Assembly (NCBI RefSeq): GCF_009914755.1
Contig: NC_060933.1
Origin: the human T2T-CHM13v2.0 reference genome, Homo sapiens
Strand: one strand, 5' to 3'
Length of the DNA: 64,000 nt
Part shown: positions 41,801-55,500 of the stretch, piece by piece
Position numbering within the stretch: the first letter of the stretch is position 1
Layout of the letters: each line of letters begins with the position of its first letter
Made by a program: the position numbers and the translations under genes
The notes under the pieces: model-generated
The model's database searches: none
The model's input: the letters and a program-made list of their open reading frames with translations, nothing else
What the model was told of the DNA's origin: nothing

Positions 41801-44800
41801 ATGGAATCTTACGGAATGGAATGGAATGGAATGGAATGGAATGAAATGCAATGGATTCAACTCGACTGCAATGGAATGGAATAGAATGGAATGGAATGGA
41901 ATGGAATGGAATTAATCCGAATAGAATGGAATGGAATGGAATGGAACGGAATGGAACGGAATGGAATTTAATGGAATGGAATGGAATGGTATGGAATGGA
42001 ATGGAATGGTACGGAATAGAATGGAATGGAACGAATTGTAATGGAATGGAATTGAATGGAATGGAATGGAATGGAGTGGAATCAACGCGAGTGCATGGGA
42101 ATGTAATGGAACGGAATGCAATGGAATGGAATCATCCGGAATGGAATGGAATGGAATGGAATGGAATGGAATCACTCCGAGTGCAATGGAATGGAGTGGA
42201 ATGGAATGGAATGGAATGGAACAACCCGAATGGAGTGGAATGTAATGGAGAGTAAGGGAGTTGAATAGAATCAATACGAATGTAATGGAATGGAATGCAA
42301 CGGAATGGAATGGAATGGAATGGAATGGAATGGAATGCAATGGAATTGAAACAACCCGAGTACAATGGAATGGAATGGAATGGAATGGAATGATACGGAA
42401 TAGAATGGAATGGAACGAAATGGAATGGAATGGAATGGAATGGAATGGAATGGAATGGAATGGAGTGGAATGAAATGCAATGGATTCAACTCGATTGCAA
42501 TGGAATGGAATAGAATGGAATGGAATGGAATGGAATGGAATTAACCCGAATAGAATGGAACGGAATGGAATGGAACGGAATGCAACGGAATGGAATGGAA
42601 TGGAATGGAATGGAATGGAATGGAATGGTATGGAATGGAATGGAATGGTACGGAATAGAATGGACTGTAACGAATTGTAATGGAATGGAATTGAATGGAA
42701 TGCAATGGAATCAACGCGAGTGCAGGGGAATGTAATGGAACGGAATGCAATGGAATGGAATCATCCGGAATGGAATGGAATGGAATGGAATGGAATGGAA
42801 TCAACCCGAGTGCAATGGAATGGAGTGGAATGGAATGGAATAGAATGGAAGAACCCGAATGGAATGGAATGTAATGGAGAGTAAGGGAGTTGAATAGTAT
42901 CAATCCGAAAGTAATGGAATGGAATGCAACGGAATGGAATGGAATGGAATGGAATGGAATGCAATGGAATGGAATCAACCCGAGTACAATGGAATGGAAT
43001 GGAATGGAATGGAATGGAATGGAAAGGAATGGAATGGAATGATACGGAATAGAATGGAATGGAACGAAATGGAATGGAATGGAATGGAATGGAATGGAAT
43101 GGAATGGAATGGAATCGTTCCGAGTGGAATAGGAGGGAATGTATTCGAGTGGAATGGAAAGGAATGGAATCAACAAGAGTGGAATGGAAGGGAATGGAAT
43201 GGAATGGAAACTAATAGAATGGAATCAACCCGAGTGGAATGGAATGGAAAGGACTGGAATGGAATGGAATGGAATGGAATCAACTCGATTGTAATGGAAT
43301 GGAATGGAATGGAATGGAATGGAATGGAATGGAATGGAATGGAATTAACCCGAATACAATGGAAGGGAATGGAATGGAATGGAAACTAATAGAATGGAAT
43401 CAACCCGAGTGGAATGGAATGGAAAGGACTGGAATGGAATGGAATGGAATGGAATCAACTCGATTGTAATGGAATGGAATGGAATGGAATGGAATTAACC
43501 CGAATACAATGGAATGGAATGGAATGGAACGGAATGGATTGGAATGGAATGGAATCAACCCGAGTGCAGGGGAATGGAATGGAATGCAATGCAATGGAAT
43601 GGAATCAACCGGAATCGAATGGAATGGAATGCAAAGCAATGGAATCAACTCGATTGCAATGGAATGGAAAGGAATGGAAAGGAATACATTGGAATCAACC
43701 CGAGTGGAATGGAATGGAAAGGACTGGAATGGAGTGGAATGGAATGGAATGGAATAGAATGGAATGGAATGGAATCAAATTGATTGGAATGGAATGGAAT
43801 GGAATGGAATGGAATGGAATGGAATGGAATGGAATCGAATTAACCTGAATAGAAAGGAATGGAATGGAATGGAACGGAAGGGAATGGAATGGAATGGAAT
43901 GGAATGGAATGGAATGGAATCAACCTGACTGCAGGGGAATGGAATGGAATGGAATGCAATGGAATGGATTCAACTTGAATGGAATGGAAAGAATGGAATC
44001 TACACGAGTTGAATGGCATGGATTGGAATGGAATGGAATGGAATGAACCCGAGTAAAGGGGTATGGAATGGAATGGAATGCAATGGAATGGAATCATCCG
44101 TAATGGAATGGAATGGAATGGAATGGAATGGAATGGAATGGAATGGAATGGAATGGAATCAACTCGATTGCAATCGAATGGAATGGAATGGAATTAACCC
44201 GAATAGAATGGAATAGAATGGAATGGAACGGAACGGAACGGAATGGAATGGAATGGAATGGAATGGAATGGAATTTAACGGAAAGGAATGGAATGGAATG
44301 GAATGGAATGGAATGGAATCAACGCGAGTGCAGGGGAATGGAATGGAATGGAATGCAATGGAATGGAATCTTCCAGAATGGAATGGAATTGAATGGAATG
44401 GAATGGAATGGAATGGAATAAACCAAAGTGCAATGGAATGGAGTGGAATGGAATGGAATGGAATGGAACAACCCGAATGGAATGGAATGTAATGGAGACT
44501 AAGGGAGTTGAATAGAATCAATCCGAATGTAATGGAATGGAATGGAACGGTATGGAATTGAATGGAATGGAATGGAATGGAATGCAATGGAATGAAATGG
44601 AATGGAATGGAATGGAATCAATCATTCCGAGTGGAATGGAAGGGAATGTAATGGAGTGGAAAGAAGGGAATGGAATCAACCCTATTGGAATGCAAGGCAA
44701 TGGAATGGGATGGAAAGGAATGGAATGGAATCAACTCGATTGCAATAGAATGGAATGCAATGGAATGGAACGGAATGGAATGGAATAGAAGGTAATGGAA

Positions 44801-46496
44801 TCAACACGAGTGCAGCGGAATGGAATGGAATGGAATGCAATGGAATGGAATCATCCGGAATCGAATGGAATGGAATGGAATCAACTCCATTGCAATGGAA
44901 TGGAATGGAATGGAATGGAATAGAATGGAAAGGAATTAACCCGAATAGAATGGAATGCAATAGAATGGAATGGAACGGAACCGAATGGAGTGTAATGGAA
45001 TGGAATGGAATCAACCTGAGTGCAGGGGAATGGAATGGAATAGAATGCAATGGAATGGAATCATCCGGAATGGAATGGAATGGAATGGAATGGAATCAAA
45101 CCGAGTGCAATGGAATGGAGTGAAATGGAATGGAATGGAATGGAAACAACCAGAATGGATTGGAATATAATGGAGTGTTAGGGAATTGAATAGAATCAAT
45201 CTGAATGTAATGAAATGGAATGGAACGGAATGGAATGGAATGGAATGGAATCGAATGGAATGGAATGGAATGGAATCAACCCGAGTGGAATGGCATGGAA
45301 TGGAATGCAATGGAATGGAATGGAATGGAATGGAATAGTTCGGAATAGAATGGATTGGAACAAAATGGAATGGAATGGAATGGAATGGAATGGAATGGAA
45401 TAGAATGGAATGGAATGGAATCAAGTCGATTGCAGTGGAATAGAATGGAATGGAATGGAACGGATTGGAATGGAATGGAATGGAATGGAATGGAATTAAA
45501 CGGAATGGAAAGGAATGGAATCAACTCGAGTGGAAAGGAATGGAATGGAATGGAAAGGAATGGAATGAAATCAACTCGAGTGGAATGGAATGGAATGGAA
45601 TGGAAAGGAATGGAATGGAATGGAATGGAATGGAATGGAATGGAATGGAATGGAATCAACCCGAGTGGAATGGCATGGAATGGAATGCAAAGGAATGGAA
45701 TGGAATGGAATCAACTCGAGTGGAAAGGAATGGAATGGAATGGAAAGGAATGGAATGAAATCAACTCGAGTGGAATGGAATGGAATGGAATGGAAAGGAA
45801 TGGAATGGAATCAACTCGATTGCAATCGCATGGAATGGAATGGAATGGAATGGAAAGGAATGGAATGGAATGAAATGGGATGGAATGGAATGCAATGGAA
45901 TGGAATCAACCCGAGTGCAATCGAATGGAATCGAATGGAATTAACCCGAATAGAATGGAATGGAATGGAATGGAACGGAACGGAACGGAATGGAATGGAA
46001 TGGAATGGAATGGAATGGAACGGAAAGGAATGGAATGGAATGGAAGGGAATGGAATGGAATGGAATGGAATGGAATCAACGCGAGTGCAGGGGAATGGAA
46101 TGTAATGGAATGTAATGGAATGGAATCTTCCGGAATGGAATGGAATGGAATGGAATCAACCCGAGTGCAATGGAATGGAGTGGAATGGAATGGAATGGAA
46201 TGGAACAACCTGAATGGAATCGAATGTAATGGAGAGTAAGGGAGTTGAACAGATTCAATCCGAATGTAATGGAATGGAATGGAACGGAATGGAATTGAAT
46301 GGAATGGAATGGAATGCAATGGAATGGAATCAACCCGAGTGCAATGGAATGGAGAGGAAGGGAATGGAATGGAGTGGAAACTACCCGAATGGAATGGAAT
46401 GTAATGGAGTGTAAGGGAATTGAATAGAATCAATCCGAATGTAATGGAATGGAATGGAACGGAATGGAATGGAATGGAATTGAATGAAAAGAAGGG

Positions 46497-46524
46497 AATG
46501 GAATCAACCCGAGTTGATTCCATT
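46497..46524. other. Left inversion breakpoint: palindrome AATGGAATCAAC-CCGA-GTTGATTCCATT
   Basis: Perfect 12-bp arms (46497-46508 and 46513-46524) around the 4-nt loop CCGA. CGAGT (46510-46514) is shared by the forward motif CAACCCGAGT and the inverted motif (AAT)CGAGTTG. Confidence 0.93.
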
Positions 46525-49500
46525 GCTTTGCATTCCGTTCCATTCCATTCCTTTTCATTGTATTCGGGTTAATTCCATTGCATTCCATTCCATTCCTTTC
46601 CATTCCATTCCATTCCATTACAATGGAGTTGATTCCATTCCATTCCATTCCATTCCATTCCATTCCATTCCATTCCATTCCATTCCAGTCCTTTCCATTC
46701 CATTCCACTCGGGTTGATTCCATTCTATTAGTTTCCATTCCATTCCATTCCCTTCCATTGCACTCTGGTTGTTTCCATTCCTTTCCATTTCACTCGAATA
46801 CATTCCCTCCTATTCCACTCGGAACGATTCCATTCCATTCCATTCCATTCCATTCCATTCCATTCCATTCCATTCCATTCCATTCCATTTCGTTCCATTC
46901 CATTCTATTCCGTACCATTCCATTCCATTCGATTCCATTCCACTCGTGTTGATTATATTCCTTTCCATTCCATTCAGTTTGAAGGCATTCCATTCCATTC
47001 AATTCCATTCCATTCCATTCCATTCCATTCCATTCCATTCCATTCCATTGTACTCGGGTTGATTCCATTCCATTGCATTCTATTGCATTCCATTCCATTC
47101 CATTCCATTCCATTCCATTCCATTCCATTCCATTCTGGATGATTCCATTCCATTGCATTCCATTCCATTCCATTCCCCTGCACTCGGGTTGATTACATTC
47201 CATTCCCTTCCCTTCCATTCCTTTCCATTCCATTCCATTCCATTCTATTCGGGTGAATTCCATTCCATTCCATTCCATTCCATTCCATTCCATTGCAATC
47301 GAGTTGATTCCATTACATTCCATTCCATTCCGTTCCGGATGATTCCATTCCGTTGCATTTCATTCCATTCCATTCCCCTGCAGTCGGTTTGATTCCTTTC
47401 CATTCCATTCCATTCCATTCCATTCTATTCCATTCCGTTCCATTCCATTCCATTCCATTCTATTCGGGTTAATTCCATTCCATTCCTTTCCATTCCATTC
47501 CAATCGAGTTAATACCATTCCATGGCATTCCATTCCACTCCATTCCAGTCCTTTCCATTCCATTCCACTCGGGTTGATTCCATTCTATTCCTTTCCATTC
47601 CATTCCATTGCAATCGAGTTGATTCCATTGCATTGCATTCCATTCCATTCCATTCCATTCCGGATGATTCCATTCCATTGCATTCCATTCCATTCCATTC
47701 CCATGCACTCGGGTTGATTCCATTCCATTCCACTCCATTCCGTTCCATTGCATTCCATTCCATTGTATTCGGGTTAATTCCATTCCATTCCATTACATTC
47801 CATTCCATTCCATTCCATTACAATCGAGTTGATTCCATTCCATTCAATTCCATTCCATTCCATTCCATTCCATTCCATTCCTTTCCATTCCATTCCACTC
47901 GGGTTGATTCCATTCTATTAGTTTCCATTCCATTCCATTCCATTCCATTCCACTCTGGTTGATTCCATTCCTTTCCATTCCACTCGAATACATTCCCTCC
48001 TATTCCCTCGGAACAATTCCATTCCATTCCATTGCATTCTATTCCATTCCATTTCGTTCCATTCCATTCTATTCCATACCATTCCATTCCATTCCATTCC
48101 ACTCGTGTTGATTCCATTCCTTTCCATTCCATTCGGTTTGAAGCCATTCCATCCCATTCACTTCCATTCCATTCCTTTCCATTCCATTTCGGATGATGCC
48201 ATTCCATTGCTTTCCATTCCATTCCATTCCCCTGTAATCAGGTTTATTACATTCCATTCCATTGCAATCCATGCCATTCCACTCGTGTTGATTCCATTCT
48301 TTCCATTCCATTCAAGTTGAATCCATTCCATTGCATTCCATTCCATTCGATTCCATTCGATTGCACTCGGGTTGATTCCATTCCATTCCATTCCATTCCA
48401 TTCCATTCCATTCCATTCCATTCCGTTCCATTCCATTCCATTACATTCGGATTGATTCTTTTTAACTCCCTTACTCTCCATTACATTCCATTCCAATCGG
48501 GTTCTTCCATTCCATTCCATTCCATTCCAATCCATTCCATTGCACTCGGGTTGATTCCATTCCATTGCATTCCATTCCATTCCATTCCATTCCATTCCAT
48601 TCCGGATGATTCCATTCCATTGCATTCCGTTCTATTACATTCCCCTGCAATCGCGTTGATTCCATTCCATTCCATTCCATTCCATTCGATTCCATTCCAT
48701 TCCAATTCGTTCCATTCCATTCTATTCCGTACCATTCCATTCCATTCCATAGCATTTCATTCCATTCCATTCCATTCCATTCCTTTCCATTCCGTTCTAT
48801 TCCGTTCCATTCCATTCCATTCCATTCCATTCTATTAGGGTTAATTCCATTCCATTCCATTCCATTCCATTCTATTCCATTCCATTGCAATCGAGTTGAA
48901 TCCATTGCATTCCATTCCATTCCATTCAATTCCATTCCATTCTGGAAGATTCCATTCCATTGCATTCCTTTCCATTCCATTCCATTCCATTCCCCTGCAC
49001 TCGCGTTGATTCCATTCCATTCCATTCCATTCCATGCCATTCCATTCCGTTCCATTCCGTTCCATTCCATTCCATTCCATTCCATTCCGTTCCGTTCCAT
49101 TCCATTCCATTCCATTCTATTCGGGTTAATTCCATTCCATTCCATTCGATAGCAATCGAGTTCATTCCATTCCATTCCATTCCTTTCCATTCCATTACTG
49201 ATGATTCCATTCCATTGTATTCCATTCCATTCCATTCTCCTGTACTCGGGTTGATTCCATTCCATTCCATTCCATTCCATGCGATTCCACTCGTGTTGAT
49301 TCCATTCTTTCCATTCCATTCAAGTTGAATCCATTCCATTGCATTCCATTCCATTCGATTCCATTCGATTGCACTCGGGTTGATTCCATTACATTGCATT
49401 CCATTCCATTCCATTCCATTCCATTCCATTCCATTGTACTCGGGTTGATTCCATTCCATTGCATTCCATTCCATTCCATTCCGTTCCATTCCATTCCATT

Positions 49501-52500
49501 ACATTCGGGTTGATTCTATTCAACTCCCTTACTCTCCATTACATTCCATTCCATTCGTGCTGTCCCATTCCATTCCATTCCACTCCATTACATTGCACTC
49601 GGGTTGATTCCATTCCATTCCATTCCATTCCATTCCATTCCGGATGATTCCATTCCATTGCATTCCGTTCCATTACATTCGCCTGCACTCGGGTTGATTC
49701 CATTCCATTCCATTCCATTCCATATCATTCCATTCGATTCCATTCCATTCCAATTCTTTCCATTCCATTCTATTCCGTACCATTCCATTCCATTCCATAC
49801 AATTCCATTCCATTCCATTTCTTTCCATTCCATTCCATTCCGTTCCGTTCCGTTCCGTTCCGTTCCATTCCATTCCATTCCATTCTATTCGGGTTAATTC
49901 CATTCCATTTCATTCCATTCTATTCCACTCCATTGCAATCGAGTTGAATCCATTGCATTCCATTCCATTCCATTCCAATCCATTCCGGAAGATTCCATTC
50001 CATTGCATTCCATTCCATTCCATTCCCCTGCACTCGCATTGAATCCATTCCATTCCATTCCATTCCATTCCATTCCATTCCTTTCCGTTCCATTGCATTC
50101 CATTCCATTCCATTCCCTTCCATTCCGTTCCGTTCCATTCCATTCCATTCCATTCTATTGGGGTTAATTCCATTCCATTCCATTCGATTACAATCGAGTT
50201 GATTCCATTCCATTCCATTCCATTCCATTCCATTCCATTCCATTCCTTTCCATTCCATTACGGATGATTCCATTCCATTGCATTCCATTCCATTCCATTC
50301 CCCTGTACTCGGGTTGACTCCATTCCATTCCATTCCAATCCATGCCATTCCACTCGTGTTGATTCCATTCTTTCCATTCCATTCAAGTTGAATCCATTCC
50401 ATTGCATTCCATTCCATTCGATTCCATTCGATTGCACTCGGGTTGATTCCATTCCATTGCATTCCATTCCATTCCATTCCATTCCATTCCGTTCCATTCC
50501 ATTTCATTACATTCAGATTGATTCTATTCAATTCCCTTACACTCCATTATATTCCAATCCATTCTGGTTGTTTCCATTCCATTCCATTCCATTTCACTCG
50601 TGTTGATTCCATTCCTTTCCATTCCATTCGGATTGAAGCCATTCCATTCCATTCAATTCCACTCCATTCCATTCCATTCCATTCCATTCCATTCCATTCC
50701 ATTCCATTCCATTGTACTCGGGTTGATTCCATTCCATTGCATTCCATTCCATTCCATTCCATTCTGTTCCATTCCATTCCATTACATTCGGATTTATTCT
50801 ATTCAACTCCGTTACTCTCCATTACATTCCATTCCATTCGGGTTGTTCCATTCCATTCCATTCCATTCCACTCCATTCCATTGCACTCGGGTTGATTCCA
50901 TTCCATTCCATTCCATTCCATTCCATTCCATTCCGGATGATTCCATTCCATTGCATTCCGTTCCATTACATTCCCCTGCACTCGCGTTGATTCCATTCCA
51001 TTCCATTCCATTCCATACCATTCCATTCCATTCCATTCCATTCCATTCCATTCCATTCCTTTCCATTCCATTACGGATGATTCCATTCCATTGCATTCCA
51101 TTCCATTCCATTCCCCTGTACTTGGGTTGATTCCATTCCATTCCATTCCAATCCATGCCATTCCACTCGTGTTGATTCCATTCTTTCCATTCCATTCAAG
51201 TTGAATCCATTCCATTGCATTCCATTCCATTCGATTCCATTCGATTGCACTCGGGTTGATTCCATTCCATTGCATTCCATTCCATTCCATTCCATTCCAT
51301 TCCATTCCATTCCATTCTATTTCGTTCCATTCCATTCCATTACATTCGGATTGATTCTTTTCAACTCCCTTACTCTCCATTACATTCCATTCCATTCGGT
51401 TTGTTCCATTCCATTCCATTCCATTCCACTCCATTCCATTGCACTCGGGTTGATTCCATTCCATTCCATTCCATTCCATTCCATTCCATTCCATTCCATT
51501 CCCCTGCACTCGCGTTGATTCCATTCCATTCCATTCCATTCCATTCCATTGCTTTCCGTTCCATTCCATTCCATTCCATTCAATTCCGTTCCGTTCCATT
51601 CCATTCCATTCCATTCTATTCGGGTTAATTCCATTCCATTCCATTCGATTGCAATCGAGTTGATTCCATTCTATTCCATTCCATTCCATTCCATTCCATT
51701 CCATTCCTTTCCATTCCATTCCGGATGATTCCATTCCATTGCATTGCGTTCCATTATATTCCCCTGCACTCGGGTTGATTCCATTCCATTCCATTCCATT
51801 CCATTCCATTCCATTCCATTCCAATTCTTTCCTTTCCATTCTATTCCATACCATTCCATTCCATTCCATACCATTCCATTCCATTCCATTCCATTGCATT
51901 CCATTCCATTCCATTCCATTGCATTCCGTTCCATTCCGTTCCATTCCATTCCATTCCATTCGGATTCATTCTATTCAATTCCCTTACACTCCATTACATT
52001 ACATTCCAATCGGGTAGTTTCCATTCCATTCCATTCCATTCTTCTCCATTCCATTGCACTCGGGTTGATTCCATTCAATTCCATTCCATTCCATTCCATT
52101 CCATTCCATTCCGGATGATTCCATTCCATTGCATTCCATTCCATTCCATTCCCCTGCACTCGGGTTGATTCCATTCCATGCCATTCCATTCCATTGCATT
52201 CCGTTCCATTCCATTCCATTCCATTCGGATTGATTCTATTCAATTCCCTTACACTCCATTACATTCCATTCCATTCGGGTAGTTTCCATTCCATTCCATT
52301 CCATTCCTCTCCATTCCATTGCATTCGGGTTGATTCCATTCAATTCCATTCCATTATATTCCATTCCATTCCATTCCATTGTACTCGGGTTGATTCCATT
52401 CCATTGCATTCCATTCCATTCCATTCCATTCCATTCCATACCGTTCCATTCCATTACTTTCGGATTGATTCTATTCAACTCCCTTACTCTCCATTACATT

Positions 52501-55500
52501 ACATTCCATTCGGGTTGTTCCATTCCATTCCATTCCATTCCACTGCATTCCATTGCACTCGGGTTGATTCCATTCCATTCCATTCCATTCCATTCCATTC
52601 CATTCCATTCCATTCCGGATGATTCCATTCCATTGCATTCCGTTCCATTACATTCCCCTGCACTCGGGTTGATTCCATTCCATTCCATTCCATTCCATTC
52701 CATTCCATTCCATTCCATTCCATTCTATTCCGTACCATTCCATTCCATTCCATACAATTCCATTCCATTCCATTCCATTCCATTCCATTCCATTCCATTC
52801 CATTCCGTTCCGTTCCGTTCCGTTCCATTCCATTCCATTCCATTCTATTCGGGTTAATTCCATTCCATTCCATTCCATTACATTCTATTCCATTCCATTG
52901 CAATCGAGTTGAATCCATTGCATTCCATTCCATTCCATTCCATTCCATTCCATTCCATTCCATTCCGGAAGATTCCATTCCATTGCATTCCATTCCATTC
53001 CATTCCCCTGCACTCGCGTTGATTCCATTCCATTCCATTCCATTCCATTCCATTCCATTCCATTCCTTTCCGTTCCATTCCATTCCATTCCATTCCGTTC
53101 CGTTCCGTTCCGTTCCGTTCCATTCCATTCCATTCCATTCGATTCCATTCCATTCCAATTATTTCCATTCCATTCTATTCCGTACCATTCCATTCCATTC
53201 CATACAATTCCATTCCATTCCGTTCCATTCCATTCCATTCCGTTCCGTTCCGTTCCGTTCCGTTCCATTCCATTCCATTCCAATCTATTCGGGTTAATTC
53301 CATTCCATTCCATTCCATTCCATTCTATTCCATTCTATTGCAATCGAGTTGAATCCATTGCATTCCATTCAATTCCACTCCATTCCATTCCATTCCATTC
53401 CATTCCATTCCATTCCATTCCATTCCATTGTACTCGGATTGATTCCATTCCATTCCATTCCATTCCATTCCATTCCATTCCATTCCATTCCATTCCATTC
53501 CGTTGCATTCCATTCCATTACATTCGGATTGATTCTATTCAACTCCCTTACTCTCCATTACATTCCATTCCATTCGGGTTGTTCCATTCCATTCCATTCC
53601 ATTCCACTCCATTCCATTGCACTCGGGTTGATTCCATTCAATTCCATTCCATTCCATTCCGGATGATTCCATTCCATTGCATTCCGATCCATTACATTCC
53701 CCTGCAGTCGCGTTGATTCCATTCCATTCCATTCCATTCCATTCAATTCCATTCCATTACAATTCGTTCCATTCCATTCTATTCCGTAGCATTCCATTCC
53801 ATTCCATACCATTCCATTCCATTCCATTCCATTCCATTCCATTCCCTTCCATTCCGTTCCATTCCATTACATTCCATTCTATTCGGTTTAATTCCATTCC
53901 ATTCCATTCTATTCCATTCCATTGCAATCGAGTTGAATCCATTGCATTTCATTCCATTCCATTCCATTCCATTCCGGAAGATTCCATTCCATTGCATTCC
54001 ATTCCATTCCATTTCCCTGCACTCGCGTTGATTCCATTCCATTCCATTCCAATCCGTGCCATTCCACTCGTGTTGATTCCATTCTTTCCATTCCATTCAA
54101 GTTGAATCCATTCCATTGCATTGCATTCCATTCGATTCCATTCGATTGCACTCGGGTTGATTCCATTCCATTCCATTCCTTTCCATTCCATTCCATTCCA
54201 TTCCGTTCCATTCCATTCCATTACATTCGGATTGATTCTATTCAATTCCCTTACACTCCAGTACATTCCATTCCATTCGGGTAGTTTCCATTCGATTCCA
54301 TTCCATTCCTCTCCATTCCATTGCACTCGGGTTGATTCCATTCCATTGCATTCCATTCCATTCCATTCAATTCCATTCCGTTCCATTCCATTCCATTACA
54401 TTCGGAATGATTCTATTCAACTCAGTTACTCTCCATTACATTCCATTCCATTCGGGTTGTTCCATTCCATTCCATTCCATTCCACTCCATTCCATTGCAC
54501 TCGGGTTGATTCCATTCCATTCCATTCCATTCCATTCCGGAAGATTCCATTCCATTGCATTCCATTACATTCCATTCCCCTGCACTCGCGTTGATTCCAT
54601 TCCATTCCATTCCATTCCATTCCGTTCCATTCCATTCCTTTCCGTTCCATTCCATTCCATTCCATTCCATTCCATTCCATTCCGTTCCGTTCCGTTCCGT
54701 TCCATTCCATTCCATTCCATTCTATTCGGGTTAATTCCTTTCCATTCCATTCGATTGCAATCGAGTTGATTCCATTCCATTCCATTCCATTCCATTCCAT
54801 TGCATTCCGGAAGATTCCATTGCATTGCATTCCATTCCATTCCATTCCCCTGCACTCGCGTTGATTCCATTCCATTCCATTCCATTCCATTCCATTCCAT
54901 TCCATTCCGTTCTGTTCCGTTCCATTCCATTCCGTTCCATTCCATTCCGTTCCGTTCCGTTCCATTCCATTCCATTCCATTCTATTCGGGTTAATTCCAT
55001 TCCATTCCATTCCATTGCAATCGAGTTGATTCCATTCCATTCCATTCCATTCCATTCCATTCCATTCCATTCCATTCCTTTCCATTCCATTACGGATGAT
55101 TCCATTCCATTGCATTCCATTCCATTCCATTCCCCTGTACTCGGGTTGATTCCATTCCATTCCATTCCAATCCATGCCATTCCACTCGTGTTGATTCCTT
55201 TCTTTCCATTCCATTCAAGTTGAATCCATTCCATTGCATTCCATTCCATTCCATTCCCCTTCAGTCGGGTTGATTCCATTCCATTCCATTCCATTCCATT
55301 CCATTCCATTCCATTCCAATCGAGTTGATTCCATTCCATTCCATTCCATTCCATTCCATTCCACTCCATTCCAGTCCTTTCCATTCCATTCCACTCGGGT
55401 TGATTCCAATGTATTCCTTTCCATTCCATTCCATTCCATTGCAATCGAGTTGATTCCATTGCTTTGCAATCCATTCCATTCCATTCCATTCCGGATGATT

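Larger units (their letters stand above)
1..46510 (+). repeat. Satellite III (HSat3) array, GGAAT (purine-rich) strand on +
   Basis: Continuous (GGAAT)n with interspersed CAACCCGAGT, CAACTCGATT, TAACCCGAAT and CAACGCGAGT decamers. This is the established HSat3 signature; HSat2 is instead dominated by CATTCGATTC-type units. Strand is given by GGAAT orientation, so a (CATTC)n consensus would flip the sign. Confidence 0.97.

Noticed and set aside
1-46500. A strict ~14-kb higher-order repeat (27.6 and 41.5 kb are close to 2x and 3x 13.8 kb)
   Set aside because: Rare markers do not appear at the intermediate positions (for example nothing near 19.1 kb for the 5250 marker), and other offsets (15.45 and 22.6 kb) do not fit.
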